From Myxococcota bacterium (GTDB lineage: Bacteria; Myxococcota; Myxococcia; Myxococcales; Myxococcaceae), in the NCBI GenBank assembly GCA_049322255.1, contig JBMORE010000127.1:1-64000 (forward strand): a stretch of DNA of 64,000 nucleotides, given 5' to 3'. Shown one piece after another: positions 1-10,003 of this stretch. A program made the translations under genes and the position numbers. The stretch's first letter is position 1; each line of letters starts with the position of its first letter. A model generated the notes under the pieces. It did not search any database. It worked only from the letters and a program-made list of their open reading frames with translations, and had not been told where the DNA came from.

Positions 1-1053
1 TGCCGGATGGCACATCTGGCGTTGCCTAACTCCGAGCTGCACGTCGGCGTGAGCTTTGAGGGCCACGCAAAGGTCGAGGCGCTCGCCCGCGAGCCGTCGA
101 TCGTGGTGCTTTTCCCCGGCCCTGGCGCGCGCGACCTCGCCGAGCTGACTGAGCCCCCACAGACACTGGTGGTGGTGGACGGCACTTGGGTGCAGGCGCG
201 CAAGGTGCTGGAGCGGAACCCGGCGTTGAGCGGGCTCCCACGCGTACGCTTCACGCCCCGACGGCCGGGCAACTACCGCATCCGAAAAGAACCGGCGGCG
301 CACTGCGTGTCGACGATCGAAGCGGTGGTGGAGGCGCTCGGCTACCTCGAGGGCGACCCGGAGCGCTTCCGCCCGATGTTGGCCGCCTTCGACCACATGG
401 TGGACCGGCAGCTTTCCTTCGCCCGCGAGAGTGGAGGCACCCGGCACAAGAAGAAGCGCTCTCGCACCCCCCGCATCGCAGTGCCGCGGGAGCTGTTCGA
501 CCGATACCAAGACCTGGTCGCGGTGTACGCCGAGGCCAACGCCCACGCCGCCACCACTCAGATGCCCGGGAACGCGGAGCTGGTGGTACTCGTTGCCGAA
601 CGGCTCGAGAGCAGGGAGCGTTTCGAGGCGTACATCGCTCCGCGCCGTCCTCTCGCCTCGGGCGCCCCGCACCACTTGGAGGTCTCGGCGGAGCGCTTGC
701 TCAACGGCGAGCCGGTGGCCGAAGCGATGGCGCGCTTCGCCAGCTTCCTTCGGCCGGACGACTTGCTTTGTAGCTGGGGGCGCTATCCCATCGACCTCCT
801 CGCAGTCGAGCGAGCGCCGGTGCATGAGGTGCTCGACGTACGACACGTCACCGCGCGCTATCTGTCGCGACGTCCTGGAGGGGTGGAGCGTGCGGCACAA
901 CACCTCGGCGACCCGCCGCGGACACCCTGGAGTGAGGGTCGGGCTGGGCGCCGCCTCGCTGCGCTGACGACCGTCCTCGAGCAGCTCTGCGCGTTGTCGA
1001 CGCAGACGCTACCCCCTCTCCCTTTGGGAGAGGGCAGGGGTGAGGGGTGGTGA
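1..1053 (+). CDS. DTW-domain protein (TapT/YfiP-like tRNA aminocarboxypropyltransferase) fused to a C-terminal degenerate DnaQ/DEDD-like domain; probably 5'-truncated by the window edge
   Basis: Motifs VVVDGTW, YRIRKEP and STIEAV. The frame is open from base 1 (TGC CGG ATG). About 190 extra C-terminal residues resemble an exonuclease fold. Confidence 0.8.
   Translation, partial: CRMAHLALPNSELHVGVSFEGHAKVEALAREPSIVVLFPGPGARDLAELTEPPQTLVVVDGTWVQARKVLERNPALSGLPRVRFTPRRPGNYRIRKEPAAHCVSTIEAVVEALGYLEGDPERFRPMLAAFDHMVDRQLSFARESGGTRHKKKRSRTPRIAVPRELFDRYQDLVAVYAEANAHAATTQMPGNAELVVLVAERLESRERFEAYIAPRRPLASGAPHHLEVSAERLLNGEPVAEAMARFASFLRPDDLLCSWGRYPIDLLAVERAPVHEVLDVRHVTARYLSRRPGGVERAAQHLGDPPRTPWSEGRAGRRLAALTTVLEQLCALSTQTLPPLPLGEGRGEGW
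1014..1047 (+). repeat. BoxC/REP-like palindromic repeat, copy 1 (inside the 3' end of the DTW gene)
   Basis: CCCTCTCCCtttGGGAGAGGGcaGGGGTGAGGGG; near-identical copies at 2075, 35361, 44407 and 54675. Confidence 0.85.
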
Positions 1054-1177
1054 TAACCCTGTCTCGTCGAAGCCATGAGCCAATGAGTGCATTGCGGCGC
1101 CGCTTGGGTTGCGACCCGGGCGCGTCCTCGACATGAATTTCACCATGGAACGTCGGCGATGAAAGCCTTGGCCGCTG

Positions 1178-2074
1178 GTGCTCGTGGTGCTGCTCCTGTC
1201 GAGCTCGACGGCGTTCTACCTGTGGTCGGAACGCGATGTGCCGGCGAGCCCGGAGGTCCAGGCACCGATGGCGGACTCGGACGCTCGTCACGTGCCGCAG
1301 GCGAAATCGCCGACGCCGGAAGCTTTGGGCATGGTCCAGCCGGCGGCTGCCGACGCGGGGATGATGGTCGCGCAGACGACGGCACCGCCCTTCGGAGCAG
1401 CCGACGGCGGCGAAGCTTCGGCCACGACGACTCCGGTGATGCGGACAGCTCCCGAAGTGTCGTTCCGCGGCGTGGGCGTCATCGAGGGCATCGTTCGCTT
1501 CGAAGGCCCACTGCCGCAAAGGAAAAGGCTGAACCGTAAGGCAGACCCCTACTGCGCCAAGGTGGCGATGGAGGAGGAAGCGTTGCTGGTCACCGATGGG
1601 GGCCTCGCCAACGTCTATGTGCACCTCGTCGATGACTTACGAGGAAAGGCGCCGGAAGAGCAGGTGGTGATCGATCAGGTCGATTGCATGTACCGGCCAC
1701 GAGTGGCGGCGTTGGTCGAGGGACAACTCCTCCTCGTGCGGAACTCGGACGGCACGCTCCACAACGTGCACGGGTATTCGGACACCAAGACTCTATGGAA
1801 CCAGGCGCAGCCACCCAAGGCGCACGACTTGGAGAAGCGGCCGCCGTTTCGCACGCAGCTCGTCAAGCTCAAGTGCGACGTCCACCCGTGGATGACCGGC
1901 TACGTGCACGTCTCGCCGCACCCCTTCTTTGCGGTCACCGGCGAGGACGGGCGGTTTCGCATCGAGGGGCTGCGGCAGGGCAAATACACCTTGCGCGCCT
2001 GGCACGAGACCCTCGGCGAGAAGACGATGACGGCGGTCGTCGGCCAGGAGCAGCAAATCGTCTTCAAGCGCTAA
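1178..2074 (+). CDS. Exported cupredoxin-like / carboxypeptidase-regulatory-like domain protein
   Basis: N-terminal hydrophobic anchor; motifs IDQVDCMYRP, LHNVH, KCDVHPWM and FFAVTGEDGRFRI. An upstream in-frame ATG (1133/1145) is cut off by TGA at 1160. Confidence 0.75.
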   Translation: MLVVLLLSSSTAFYLWSERDVPASPEVQAPMADSDARHVPQAKSPTPEALGMVQPAAADAGMMVAQTTAPPFGAADGGEASATTTPVMRTAPEVSFRGVGVIEGIVRFEGPLPQRKRLNRKADPYCAKVAMEEEALLVTDGGLANVYVHLVDDLRGKAPEEQVVIDQVDCMYRPRVAALVEGQLLLVRNSDGTLHNVHGYSDTKTLWNQAQPPKAHDLEKRPPFRTQLVKLKCDVHPWMTGYVHVSPHPFFAVTGEDGRFRIEGLRQGKYTLRAWHETLGEKTMTAVVGQEQQIVFKR

Positions 2075-2108
2075 CCCTCTCCCTCTGGGAGAGGGCAAGG
2101 GTGAGGGG
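2075..2108 (+). repeat. BoxC/REP-like palindromic repeat, copy 2 (intergenic)
   Basis: CCCTCTCCCtctGGGAGAGGGcaaGGGTGAGGGG. Confidence 0.85.
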
Positions 2109-2120
2109 TAGCCTGCTCTC

Positions 2121-2909
2121 ATGGGCAGGCGCGGAGTCAGCGTCGAAGACGAGACACGGTGGGTCTTCAACCGCCTCGCCGAGGACTACCATGCGCGTCC
2201 GGGCTACCCCGAGGCGCTGGTGCGCCGGCTGATGGAGCTCGCCGTTCCGCGCGGCCAGGTGGCGGACTTGGGTGCAGGGACCGGACATCTGGCGCTGCCG
2301 CTGGCGCACGCAGGGCTCAATGTCGCTGCGGTGGAGCCGGCGCGGGCGATGTTGCAGAAGCTCGAGGCGGAAGCGCCGCCCAACGTTCGCTGCATCCACG
2401 CGGCGGCCGAGCACACTGGGCTGGAGCCGAAGAGCTTCGATTTGGTGCTCCTCGCCGACGCCCTGCACTGGGTCGACCCCGAGCTCACCGGCAAAGAGGC
2501 GGCGCGCCTGCTTCGTCCCGGTGGAGCCTGCGCCGTCGTGGAAGCCCACCTGGCGGACTCGCCTTTCCTGCGCGAGCTGGGCCTTCTTCTCGCCCGGTAC
2601 AACCCCAAGGCGCGGCCCGCCAAGGCCGACGCCGCTCGGCAACTGCTCTCCTTGGCAACCAACGGCGGCGAAGTGGCGCGCGAGACCTTCGTGCACGAAG
2701 TGGCGCTGGAAGGTCCGGCCCTCGAAGCGGTGCTGCGTTCGCTGTCCTACGTCGGGCCGGCGTTGGGGCGCGGGGCGTTGGGGGAATTGCTCGCCGCTGT
2801 CCACCGGCTCGCTGCAGAACACGGCGGGGCAAAGTGGCGACGCGAGCTTTTGCTCACATGGGCGTTCGCTGTGACGCCGGGCGAAGGAAACGGTCGCCAT
2901 CCAGTATGA
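2121..2909 (+). CDS. Class I SAM-dependent methyltransferase
   Basis: Motifs RPGYP, VADLGAGTG, AVEP and ALHWVD. Confidence 0.85.
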   Translation: MGRRGVSVEDETRWVFNRLAEDYHARPGYPEALVRRLMELAVPRGQVADLGAGTGHLALPLAHAGLNVAAVEPARAMLQKLEAEAPPNVRCIHAAAEHTGLEPKSFDLVLLADALHWVDPELTGKEAARLLRPGGACAVVEAHLADSPFLRELGLLLARYNPKARPAKADAARQLLSLATNGGEVARETFVHEVALEGPALEAVLRSLSYVGPALGRGALGELLAAVHRLAAEHGGAKWRRELLLTWAFAVTPGEGNGRHPV

Positions 2910-3043
2910 CCGCGAGAAACATGCCCAGCGAACTTCGCCCGTTCTCCACGGGGTGCGCTCTCTCTGTGCTTGCGCTGGCAGTGTCGTTGCAGTGACACTC
3001 GCGGCCGGAACTTGCGCCCTCGTCTCCGGAGACACTTCACGCC

Positions 3044-6000
3044 ATGCGTCGCCTCCTCGTAGTGGCTGGACTGCTTTTCATCGCTGCCTGCCAAAAGAAA
3101 CTCGAAGGGCCGGTTCCTTCGGTGAACGGCGTGGCACCTCCCGCGGTGTGTCAACAGCAGCTCGACACCACCGTGGAGCTCTCCGGGCAGGGACTGTCGC
3201 CGCTGTACACCAGCGCGCTGGAGGACGGGCAGCTGGAGCTACCGCGGGTCAGCTTGCTCCCGGTGGCGCAGCTCGACGGCATGTCGGTCGAGGGTGTCGC
3301 GGTGGAGATTCCCGATGACCCGCGCGATCCCGCCTCGAGCAAGGTGCGCTGGAAGAGCCAGGAGTCGATGTCTTTCCGGGTGGACCCCGCTCTGAATCTG
3401 GCGCCCGGCCTCTACGACATCGGGGTGGTCAATGCCAGCGGCGGTTCGACGACCTTCAGCGGTGGCCTCCTCGCCGTACCTCCACCCACGCTCTTGCGCG
3501 TGTCCCCGGACATCGTGTGCGGCGACCACCCGAACACCGTGTCCTTGAACGGTGACTTTTTCATCGAGGGGTTGGGCGGCAAGCCGAAGGTGAAAATAGG
3601 CGAGCTGACCTTCGACCCCACCGCACTGGAGGACTGCCGGCAGCTTCCGGGCCCCAGCGGCCTTCGCGCCTGCAAGACGCTGCGCTTCGAGCTGCCCACG
3701 GGCAGCCTGGCCAACGCGCTGCATGAGGTGCAGGTGGTGAACCCGGGCCCGGTGGGTTGCGGCTCCACCGAGCTGGCCACCCTTACCGTGGTGCCCGCGC
3801 CGACGCTGGCCTCGGTGCAGCCCGACCTGGTGTGCACCGCGCAGGGGGCAAACGCGCTCACCGCGACCGGCTCCGACTTTCTCACCATCGGCGGTGTGGC
3901 CCCCACGCTGGTGCTCGAGGGCGGCGGTCGTTCGGTAGAGTTGGCCACCACCGCGAACGGGTGCGCGCCGTTGACTGGTCCAAGCGATGTTGTCGAGCGG
4001 TGCACCAGCCTGGCAGCGACGCTGCCTGAGAGTGCGCTGCCGCCGGGCACCTACCAAGCGCGCATCAAGAACCCCGCGCCTGCCGATTGTGAGTCGCAGC
4101 AACCGGTGGGCTTCGTGGTGGTACCTGCGCCCACGGTGACCTCGGTGGTGCCCCAGGTCGTTTGCAACGCCGAAGGTCCGGTGGTCATCGAGGTCAACGG
4201 GAGCGGTTTTCTCGTCGTCGATGGTCAGAGCCCCACGGTGCGCGTGGGTACCACCGACCTTGCCGCGACCCCCACCACCTGCACGCCCATCTCTGGCACG
4301 AGCCTGACCGCCTCTTCCTGTGCCCGACTGTCGGTGACGGTGCCCACCAGCGTGGCCTTTGGAGCGCAGCCGGTGACGGTCATCAACCCCAGCCCGGCGG
4401 GCTGTGCGAGCGCCTCCGGCCCGGTGCTCACCTTGTTCGACCGCCCGACCATTGCCTCCATCGTGCCGGCCGGGGTGTGTGCGCAGTCGGGGGGCACCTC
4501 GGTGGTCATCACTGGGCAGAACTTCGTCGCCGTCACCATCGGGGGCACCCGTGCGGTGCCCCTGGTGCAGGTCGGCCCCCAACTCCATATCCCGACCACC
4601 AGCGGGTGCACCACCGTACCCAACACCACCGAGCCGGTGGAGGCGTGCACCACGCTCACCATCACCGTGGCGGGCACCAGCTTCACTCCCAATGTCTACG
4701 ACTTGGTGGTGACCAACCCCGTTCCGGTGGGCTGCAGCTCGAACGCCACCGGAAACTTCCGGGTCACCCCGGCGCCCACCATTACCTCCGTCACCCCCAC
4801 CAGCATCTGCGCGGGTGGAGACACGCTGGTCCTCAGCGGGTCGGACTTCGTCTCCGGAGCGAGCGTCACCATGACCGGCCCGGGCACGGTGCAGGCGATG
4901 AGCGTGGTGGTGAGCAATGACGGCGGAACGGCCCTGGCAACCTTTGGCTCGGGCCTCACCACCGGCAGCTACAACCTCACGCTGGATAACGGCGGCAGCT
5001 GTTCGGCGAGCGCTCCTTCGCCCATCAACGTCATTCCTGGTCCACAGCTGTTTTTCGTCGACCCCGCCGTCGTCTACAACGGCATCACCGTGCAGGCGAC
5101 GGTGTACGGCACCGGCTTCACCTTGCCGGTGAACGACATCTCGCTCGAGCCGATCGATGGCGGCGCGCCCGTATCGTTGCAGATCAGCTCCGCCAACCAA
5201 AACAACCGCGCCCAGGTGTTGGTGCGCAATGTCGACGGAGGAGTGGTGGCTCCGGGCAGCTACGCGATGACGCTCGACGATGGCACCACTTGCAATGCGC
5301 GGCTGGTCGACGCGGTGACGGTGGTGAACCAGACCACGCTCGTCTTGACGTCGATGGACCCACCGTTCGGAACGGTGAACACCACCACCGGCGTCACCAT
5401 CAAAGCCGATGTGGCCGCGTCTGGCGGTACGGGCTTTTTGCCCGTGCCGCGGGTGTACTTGAACCCCTCCATTCCCACCCCCACCACGGTGGCCGCTCCG
5501 GTGGGTGCAGTCGCCTACGTCGATGGCGCGACCCTGACCGCACTGGTGCCCGACACCCTCTCGGTGGGTGACTACGACCTCATCGTGGTCAACCCCGACG
5601 GGCGTGTGGGGGTGGCGACCAATGCCTTCCGGGTGACGCAGGCCTCGCAGCCGCCGCCGAGCATCTCCTCGCTCTCGCCCGGCTCGCTGCCCAACACCGG
5701 GAGCTCGAACCTCGAGATTCTCGGCGCCAATTTCCGTGACCCGCTCACCGTCTCGTTGCGCAGCTGTGTCGATGGCAGCGGCGCGGCGGTGGCCTTACCC
5801 ACGATCACGGTGTCGGGCACGCCCACGGCGACCAACATCACGGCCACCGTTTCCAACGTGGGTGGTGCCGCAGCGTGCGTGGTGCGGGTGACCAACACCG
5901 ACAACGGGACCTACGCGGACTTCTCGGCGCTGGTGTTCACCAACCCGTCGAAGAACCTCTACCCAGCCCAGAACGGACCCAGTCTGACAGTCCCCCGCCG

Positions 6001-7369
6001 CGCACCCGTCGCGCTGGGAGGTGATGCCACCGGGGCTGCGCGGTTCCTCTACATCATCGGCGGCGACAACGGCGCCACCACCGGAGCTTACGACTCCGTG
6101 GAGGTTTCCACGCTCAATCTGTTGGGGGTGCCGGGTGCCTTCTTCACTCCCCGCCAGGGAAGGCTCAACACGGTCCGCTCTTTCTCCGGAGGAGCCCGCA
6201 TCGGGCGCTGGCTCTACGTCGCCGGTGGCACCGACGGCACCAACCGCCTCTCCTCATTGGAGCGTTCGTACATCCTCGACCCGGCGCGCCGCGGCGAGGT
6301 GATCGATCTGCTCCTCGATCCGGACAACGAGGGTAATGGGCTGCCCGCGGGGCTCTACTACTACCGAGTGGCGGCGGTGATGGGCCTCACCGACCCGTTC
6401 AATCCTGACGGTGAGGAGCTGGCCTCCGACCCCTTCCCGGTGCGGCTGCCTTCGCTGGGCACCACCAAATTTAGGGTGACGGTCACCTGGAAACCCGTCT
6501 CTGGGGCGGTGAAGTACCTGGTGTACCGAAGCCCGGTCGCGGATGTCCCCGTGGGCACCGAGCAGGTGATCGCCGAGGTGACTTCGGGAGTGCAGTACAT
6601 CGATTCAGGGGTTGCTCCCATCCTCACGCAGAACCCGCTGCCCATCGGCTCTTTGGGCAAGTGGCAGCCGCTGACCGCCGCCCTCTCGATGGCGCGGGAG
6701 GGACCGGGCGTCACCTGGGCACGCGACCCGACGGTGGCCAACGTCGCCTACCTTTATGTGCTGGGCGGGAAGCAGGCGAACAACGCGGCGACGAACACCT
6801 ACGAGTATTTGCCCATCACCCTCAACGCCGACGGCTCGCAGACGCCAGCGGCGGCCTTTGTCAGCGGTGGGACCAACACCCTCTCTTCGCAGCGCTGGCA
6901 GCTCGCGGCGGCGGCGGCCACCAACGATTTGTCTCCGCGCATTCCCGCAGGCAGGACCTTCATCTACGCGCTCAGCGGGGTGACCGCGGCGGGCGCGGTG
7001 TCGCAAGCTCCCAGCGCGGCAGAGGTACAGGCGGGCGGTGCGCTGACCACCTTCGTTTCGCTCCCCAACCTCGGTCGGGCTGGCTATGCAGCCATGGTAG
7101 CCGCCGACCAGGTGTTCGCTTTCGGTGGCAACAACGCCTCTGCCGACAGCACCATCAACAACGGGGAGATTTGTGGCAGCGGAAACACCGTCGGGCAGTG
7201 CGCGACCGACCCCAACCCGCCGCGAATTTCCAACTGGAACACCGGCCAGAACATGAACGTCGCGCGCTACCTGCTCGCAGGCACCTTACACGGCGCCTAC
7301 ATCTACGTGGTCGGTGGGAGCGGCTCGGGAGGAACGCCCTTGAGCTCGACCGAATACCGCATCTGGTGA
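3044..7369 (+). CDS. Giant lipoprotein with tandem IPT/TIG (Ig-like) domains and a C-terminal Kelch-like propeller
   Basis: Lipobox FIAAC; repeated PT(L/I)xSVxP...NPxPxGC modules; Kelch-like LYIIGG, LYVAGG, LYVLGG and IYVVGG. Confidence 0.8.
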   Translation: MRRLLVVAGLLFIAACQKKLEGPVPSVNGVAPPAVCQQQLDTTVELSGQGLSPLYTSALEDGQLELPRVSLLPVAQLDGMSVEGVAVEIPDDPRDPASSKVRWKSQESMSFRVDPALNLAPGLYDIGVVNASGGSTTFSGGLLAVPPPTLLRVSPDIVCGDHPNTVSLNGDFFIEGLGGKPKVKIGELTFDPTALEDCRQLPGPSGLRACKTLRFELPTGSLANALHEVQVVNPGPVGCGSTELATLTVVPAPTLASVQPDLVCTAQGANALTATGSDFLTIGGVAPTLVLEGGGRSVELATTANGCAPLTGPSDVVERCTSLAATLPESALPPGTYQARIKNPAPADCESQQPVGFVVVPAPTVTSVVPQVVCNAEGPVVIEVNGSGFLVVDGQSPTVRVGTTDLAATPTTCTPISGTSLTASSCARLSVTVPTSVAFGAQPVTVINPSPAGCASASGPVLTLFDRPTIASIVPAGVCAQSGGTSVVITGQNFVAVTIGGTRAVPLVQVGPQLHIPTTSGCTTVPNTTEPVEACTTLTITVAGTSFTPNVYDLVVTNPVPVGCSSNATGNFRVTPAPTITSVTPTSICAGGDTLVLSGSDFVSGASVTMTGPGTVQAMSVVVSNDGGTALATFGSGLTTGSYNLTLDNGGSCSASAPSPINVIPGPQLFFVDPAVVYNGITVQATVYGTGFTLPVNDISLEPIDGGAPVSLQISSANQNNRAQVLVRNVDGGVVAPGSYAMTLDDGTTCNARLVDAVTVVNQTTLVLTSMDPPFGTVNTTTGVTIKADVAASGGTGFLPVPRVYLNPSIPTPTTVAAPVGAVAYVDGATLTALVPDTLSVGDYDLIVVNPDGRVGVATNAFRVTQASQPPPSISSLSPGSLPNTGSSNLEILGANFRDPLTVSLRSCVDGSGAAVALPTITVSGTPTATNITATVSNVGGAAACVVRVTNTDNGTYADFSALVFTNPSKNLYPAQNGPSLTVPRRAPVALGGDATGAARFLYIIGGDNGATTGAYDSVEVSTLNLLGVPGAFFTPRQGRLNTVRSFSGGARIGRWLYVAGGTDGTNRLSSLERSYILDPARRGEVIDLLLDPDNEGNGLPAGLYYYRVAAVMGLTDPFNPDGEELASDPFPVRLPSLGTTKFRVTVTWKPVSGAVKYLVYRSPVADVPVGTEQVIAEVTSGVQYIDSGVAPILTQNPLPIGSLGKWQPLTAALSMAREGPGVTWARDPTVANVAYLYVLGGKQANNAATNTYEYLPITLNADGSQTPAAAFVSGGTNTLSSQRWQLAAAAATNDLSPRIPAGRTFIYALSGVTAAGAVSQAPSAAEVQAGGALTTFVSLPNLGRAGYAAMVAADQVFAFGGNNASADSTINNGEICGSGNTVGQCATDPNPPRISNWNTGQNMNVARYLLAGTLHGAYIYVVGGSGSGGTPLSSTEYRIW

Positions 7370-7387
7370 CTCCAAGAGGATCCGACC

Positions 7388-7999
7388 ATGAGAATTGCCT
7401 CCGCGCTCGCCGTCTTCGCCGCCGCCTCCTCTGCTCTCGCGGACGAAAGCCCCCCCTCGCTCGAGCTCTCCCTCAAGGCGGGGGGACATTTCCCTCAAGT
7501 GGTGAGCCGTCTGGGCACCAGCTTCGATGGAGTGCTCAAGGTGGGCTACGCGCCGCTTCCGAACAAGCAGGTGCAGTTCTTCGCCGACTTGGGCTACAGC
7601 CAGCCCGCTCACCTCACCGAATCGAACGATCCGCGGCTGCAGGACTCGGGAGCCGATTTCAGCTCGCGGCTTTTGGTGCAGGACCTGCGCGTGGCCTTGG
7701 GTGCCAACTACTTCTTCGCCTCGCCGTCAGAGAATCTCCTCCCGTACGCGGGGGCAAGCCTACGCACCCACTTCCTTCGCGCGGTGGTGGTGGGGGAGGG
7801 CGGCGCACAGTTCGGCCAGAGCCAGGAAACCGTCACCCGCTTCGGCGGAGCGCTGTTCGGCGGGGCGGGTTATCGGCTGGGGCCGGGGCTTCTCCTCGGC
7901 GAAGTGAATTTGGCCTTCGTCCCGGTGCTGGAGAAGGTCACCGGTCGCGCCAACGTGGGGGCGCTCGCGGTCCTCCTCGGGTACGGGCTTTTGCTGTAG
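7388..7999 (+). CDS. Small outer-membrane beta-barrel protein
   Basis: Signal peptide ending ALA-D; alternating amphipathic strands; C-terminal LLGYGLLL; RBS GAGGA. Confidence 0.7.
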   Translation: MRIASALAVFAAASSALADESPPSLELSLKAGGHFPQVVSRLGTSFDGVLKVGYAPLPNKQVQFFADLGYSQPAHLTESNDPRLQDSGADFSSRLLVQDLRVALGANYFFASPSENLLPYAGASLRTHFLRAVVVGEGGAQFGQSQETVTRFGGALFGGAGYRLGPGLLLGEVNLAFVPVLEKVTGRANVGALAVLLGYGLLL

Positions 8000-8160
8000 G
8001 AGCCTCGATGGTGACGCGAAGGCAGGGCGAGAGGAACCGCGTCAGCGCTCGGCCCGCGGCGCTTCTTTTTCACGGCAAAGGTGACAGACGCCTCGTCTCC
8101 ACCGAACATCGCCACCAAGCAGCTTTCGCTCGTCGTTCGATGACACTACGGAGGTCATTC

Positions 8161-9894
8161 ATGCACCGCTCCTTGTTCGTCCTGCCTAGGCTCGTCATCG
8201 GCATCGCGTTGATGTTCATGCCCCTGGCCGGCTGCAATTGCGGTTCGCCTCCTTCGGTGGAGGAGGACGGTGGCCCGGGCGGCGGTGGCGGCGGGGACAG
8301 CGATGCCGGAGACCAGGACGCAGGCAGCGACGCCGGCCCCACCACCCGCGACGGAGGTGTGTTCGATGGCGGTTGTTTCGTCCTAGGAGAGCTGTGCTCC
8401 ACCGGCGCCGAGTGTTGCTCGAGCTTCTGCGGCGTGAACGGTCGCTGTGGACAGCAAGGGTTCTGCACCTCGTCCGGCTTGGCCTGCTCCTCGCCGACCG
8501 AGTGCTGCTCCAACCTCTGCGTCAACGGCATTTGCTCTTCGACGCAGTGTAAGGACATTGGGGCGGCGTGCAGCTCGGGCGCCGAGTGCTGTACTCGCAG
8601 CTGCGGGGGTGACGGCGGCTGTCAGCCGATTCCAGGGAACAACGCGCAATGTCTCGCGCTCGGCCAAGGGTGCGACGCCGGGAGCAGCTGCTGCTCCTCC
8701 TTGTGCAAGGCGGGGTATTGCAGCCCAGCCTACGTCTGCCAGGCGAACAACGACGTGTGCAGCTTCAACTCCGAGTGCTGCGGTAACTCCTGCTCGGTGA
8801 ACGACGGCGGCTCGGGCTTCTGCCAGTTCGTCACCGGAGGAGGTGGAGGTGGTTGCAAGCAGGACGGCAATCCTTGCCCCGTCGCCGGCTCGGACCCGAA
8901 CTGCTGCTCGCGCGGTTGTGTCGACTTGGGCTCGGGTCAGCCCGTGTGTTCGCCGACCACCGGTTGCCGAATCACCGGCAACTTCTGCGAGTCGACGGCG
9001 CAATGCTGCGGCGGCGCCCCGAACCCCAACGGCACGGTCGTTTGTCGGCAGACCACCTCTCGCTGTGACGAAGGCCAGTCGTGTATCTCTCCAGGAACGG
9101 TATGCGGTCAGCCTCACCTCGCAGACGGCGGCCTGGCACCCGTTCCGACCGGAGGCTGGAGCGCCAACTCGAACTGCTGCACCGGCCTCACCACCGGCGG
9201 GCCGGACTCCCAGCTGTGCAAGTACGACTCCTCGGGAATTCCGCGGTGCTTTGGCGGCAAGTCGACCAGCTGCCCCACCGGCTACACCGGTCAGCCCGGC
9301 TGCTGCATCGCGGCGGGTGAGGCCTGCCAGTTCAAAGACCAGTGCTGCAACGGAGCGCCGTGTCTGCCCAACCCCGATGGCGGCGTCGGCTTCTTCTGCA
9401 TCGTCGGTAGCACCTGCCTCACCTTGGGTACCACCTGTGACCCGAACGCGGACGGTGGCGCGGGGTGCTGTCCGGGCTCGACGTGCAACGCCACCAACGA
9501 GCTGACCTTTGCCTGCCAGCTTCCCACCAGCGGCGACGGTGGCACGAGCACCGACGGCGGGTGCAAGGGCAACGGCACCGCCTGCGCCGCCTCGGCGGAG
9601 TGTTGCTCACTCATCTGCGGCTCGGTGGACGGTGGCCCCAACACTTGCCAGCCCCCACGCCTGTGCAGCCCAGAGAACGCCACCTGCACCGCCTCGGCCG
9701 ACTGCTGCACCGGGCTGTCGTGCGCGATTCCCTCCGGCTCGACCACCGGCACCTGCACGAGGTCGACCTGCAGCAACGCCGGCCAAACCTGCTCGGCCAC
9801 CCAGGCGTGTTGCGTCGGCCTCACCTGCCTGGGCGCCAACGGTCTGGCGTGCAGCGGCACCGGAGCGTGCAGCTGCCAGATCATCATCAACTAG
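8161..9894 (+). CDS. Cysteine-rich repeat lipoprotein
   Basis: RBS GGAGG before ATG 8161; lipobox LAGC followed by NC; repeated CxxxGxxCxxxxxCCSxxC units; many DGG/DAG motifs. Confidence 0.8.
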   Translation: MHRSLFVLPRLVIGIALMFMPLAGCNCGSPPSVEEDGGPGGGGGGDSDAGDQDAGSDAGPTTRDGGVFDGGCFVLGELCSTGAECCSSFCGVNGRCGQQGFCTSSGLACSSPTECCSNLCVNGICSSTQCKDIGAACSSGAECCTRSCGGDGGCQPIPGNNAQCLALGQGCDAGSSCCSSLCKAGYCSPAYVCQANNDVCSFNSECCGNSCSVNDGGSGFCQFVTGGGGGGCKQDGNPCPVAGSDPNCCSRGCVDLGSGQPVCSPTTGCRITGNFCESTAQCCGGAPNPNGTVVCRQTTSRCDEGQSCISPGTVCGQPHLADGGLAPVPTGGWSANSNCCTGLTTGGPDSQLCKYDSSGIPRCFGGKSTSCPTGYTGQPGCCIAAGEACQFKDQCCNGAPCLPNPDGGVGFFCIVGSTCLTLGTTCDPNADGGAGCCPGSTCNATNELTFACQLPTSGDGGTSTDGGCKGNGTACAASAECCSLICGSVDGGPNTCQPPRLCSPENATCTASADCCTGLSCAIPSGSTTGTCTRSTCSNAGQTCSATQACCVGLTCLGANGLACSGTGACSCQIIIN

Positions 9895-10003
9895 AAGGGC
9901 ACGCGGCCTCCCCGGGTTCATCGCGCGGGCTCTCGGGGTCGCCGTGGCAGCGGCGGCGCGCAATGTCCGTGAGTTGGGGACATTCGGTGGGTAAGCTTCA
10001 GCC

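Noticed and set aside
1160..1162. Selenocysteine or alternative genetic code from the in-frame TGA
   Set aside because: The position is in a signal n-region, not a redox motif, and TGA serves as a normal stop in many genes in this window.
6661..8160. 1077-aa ORF 6661..9894 as a single protein
   Set aside because: The first 500 codons overlap two better-supported genes in other frames and read as Arg-rich shadow sequence; the RBS and lipobox place the real start at 8161.
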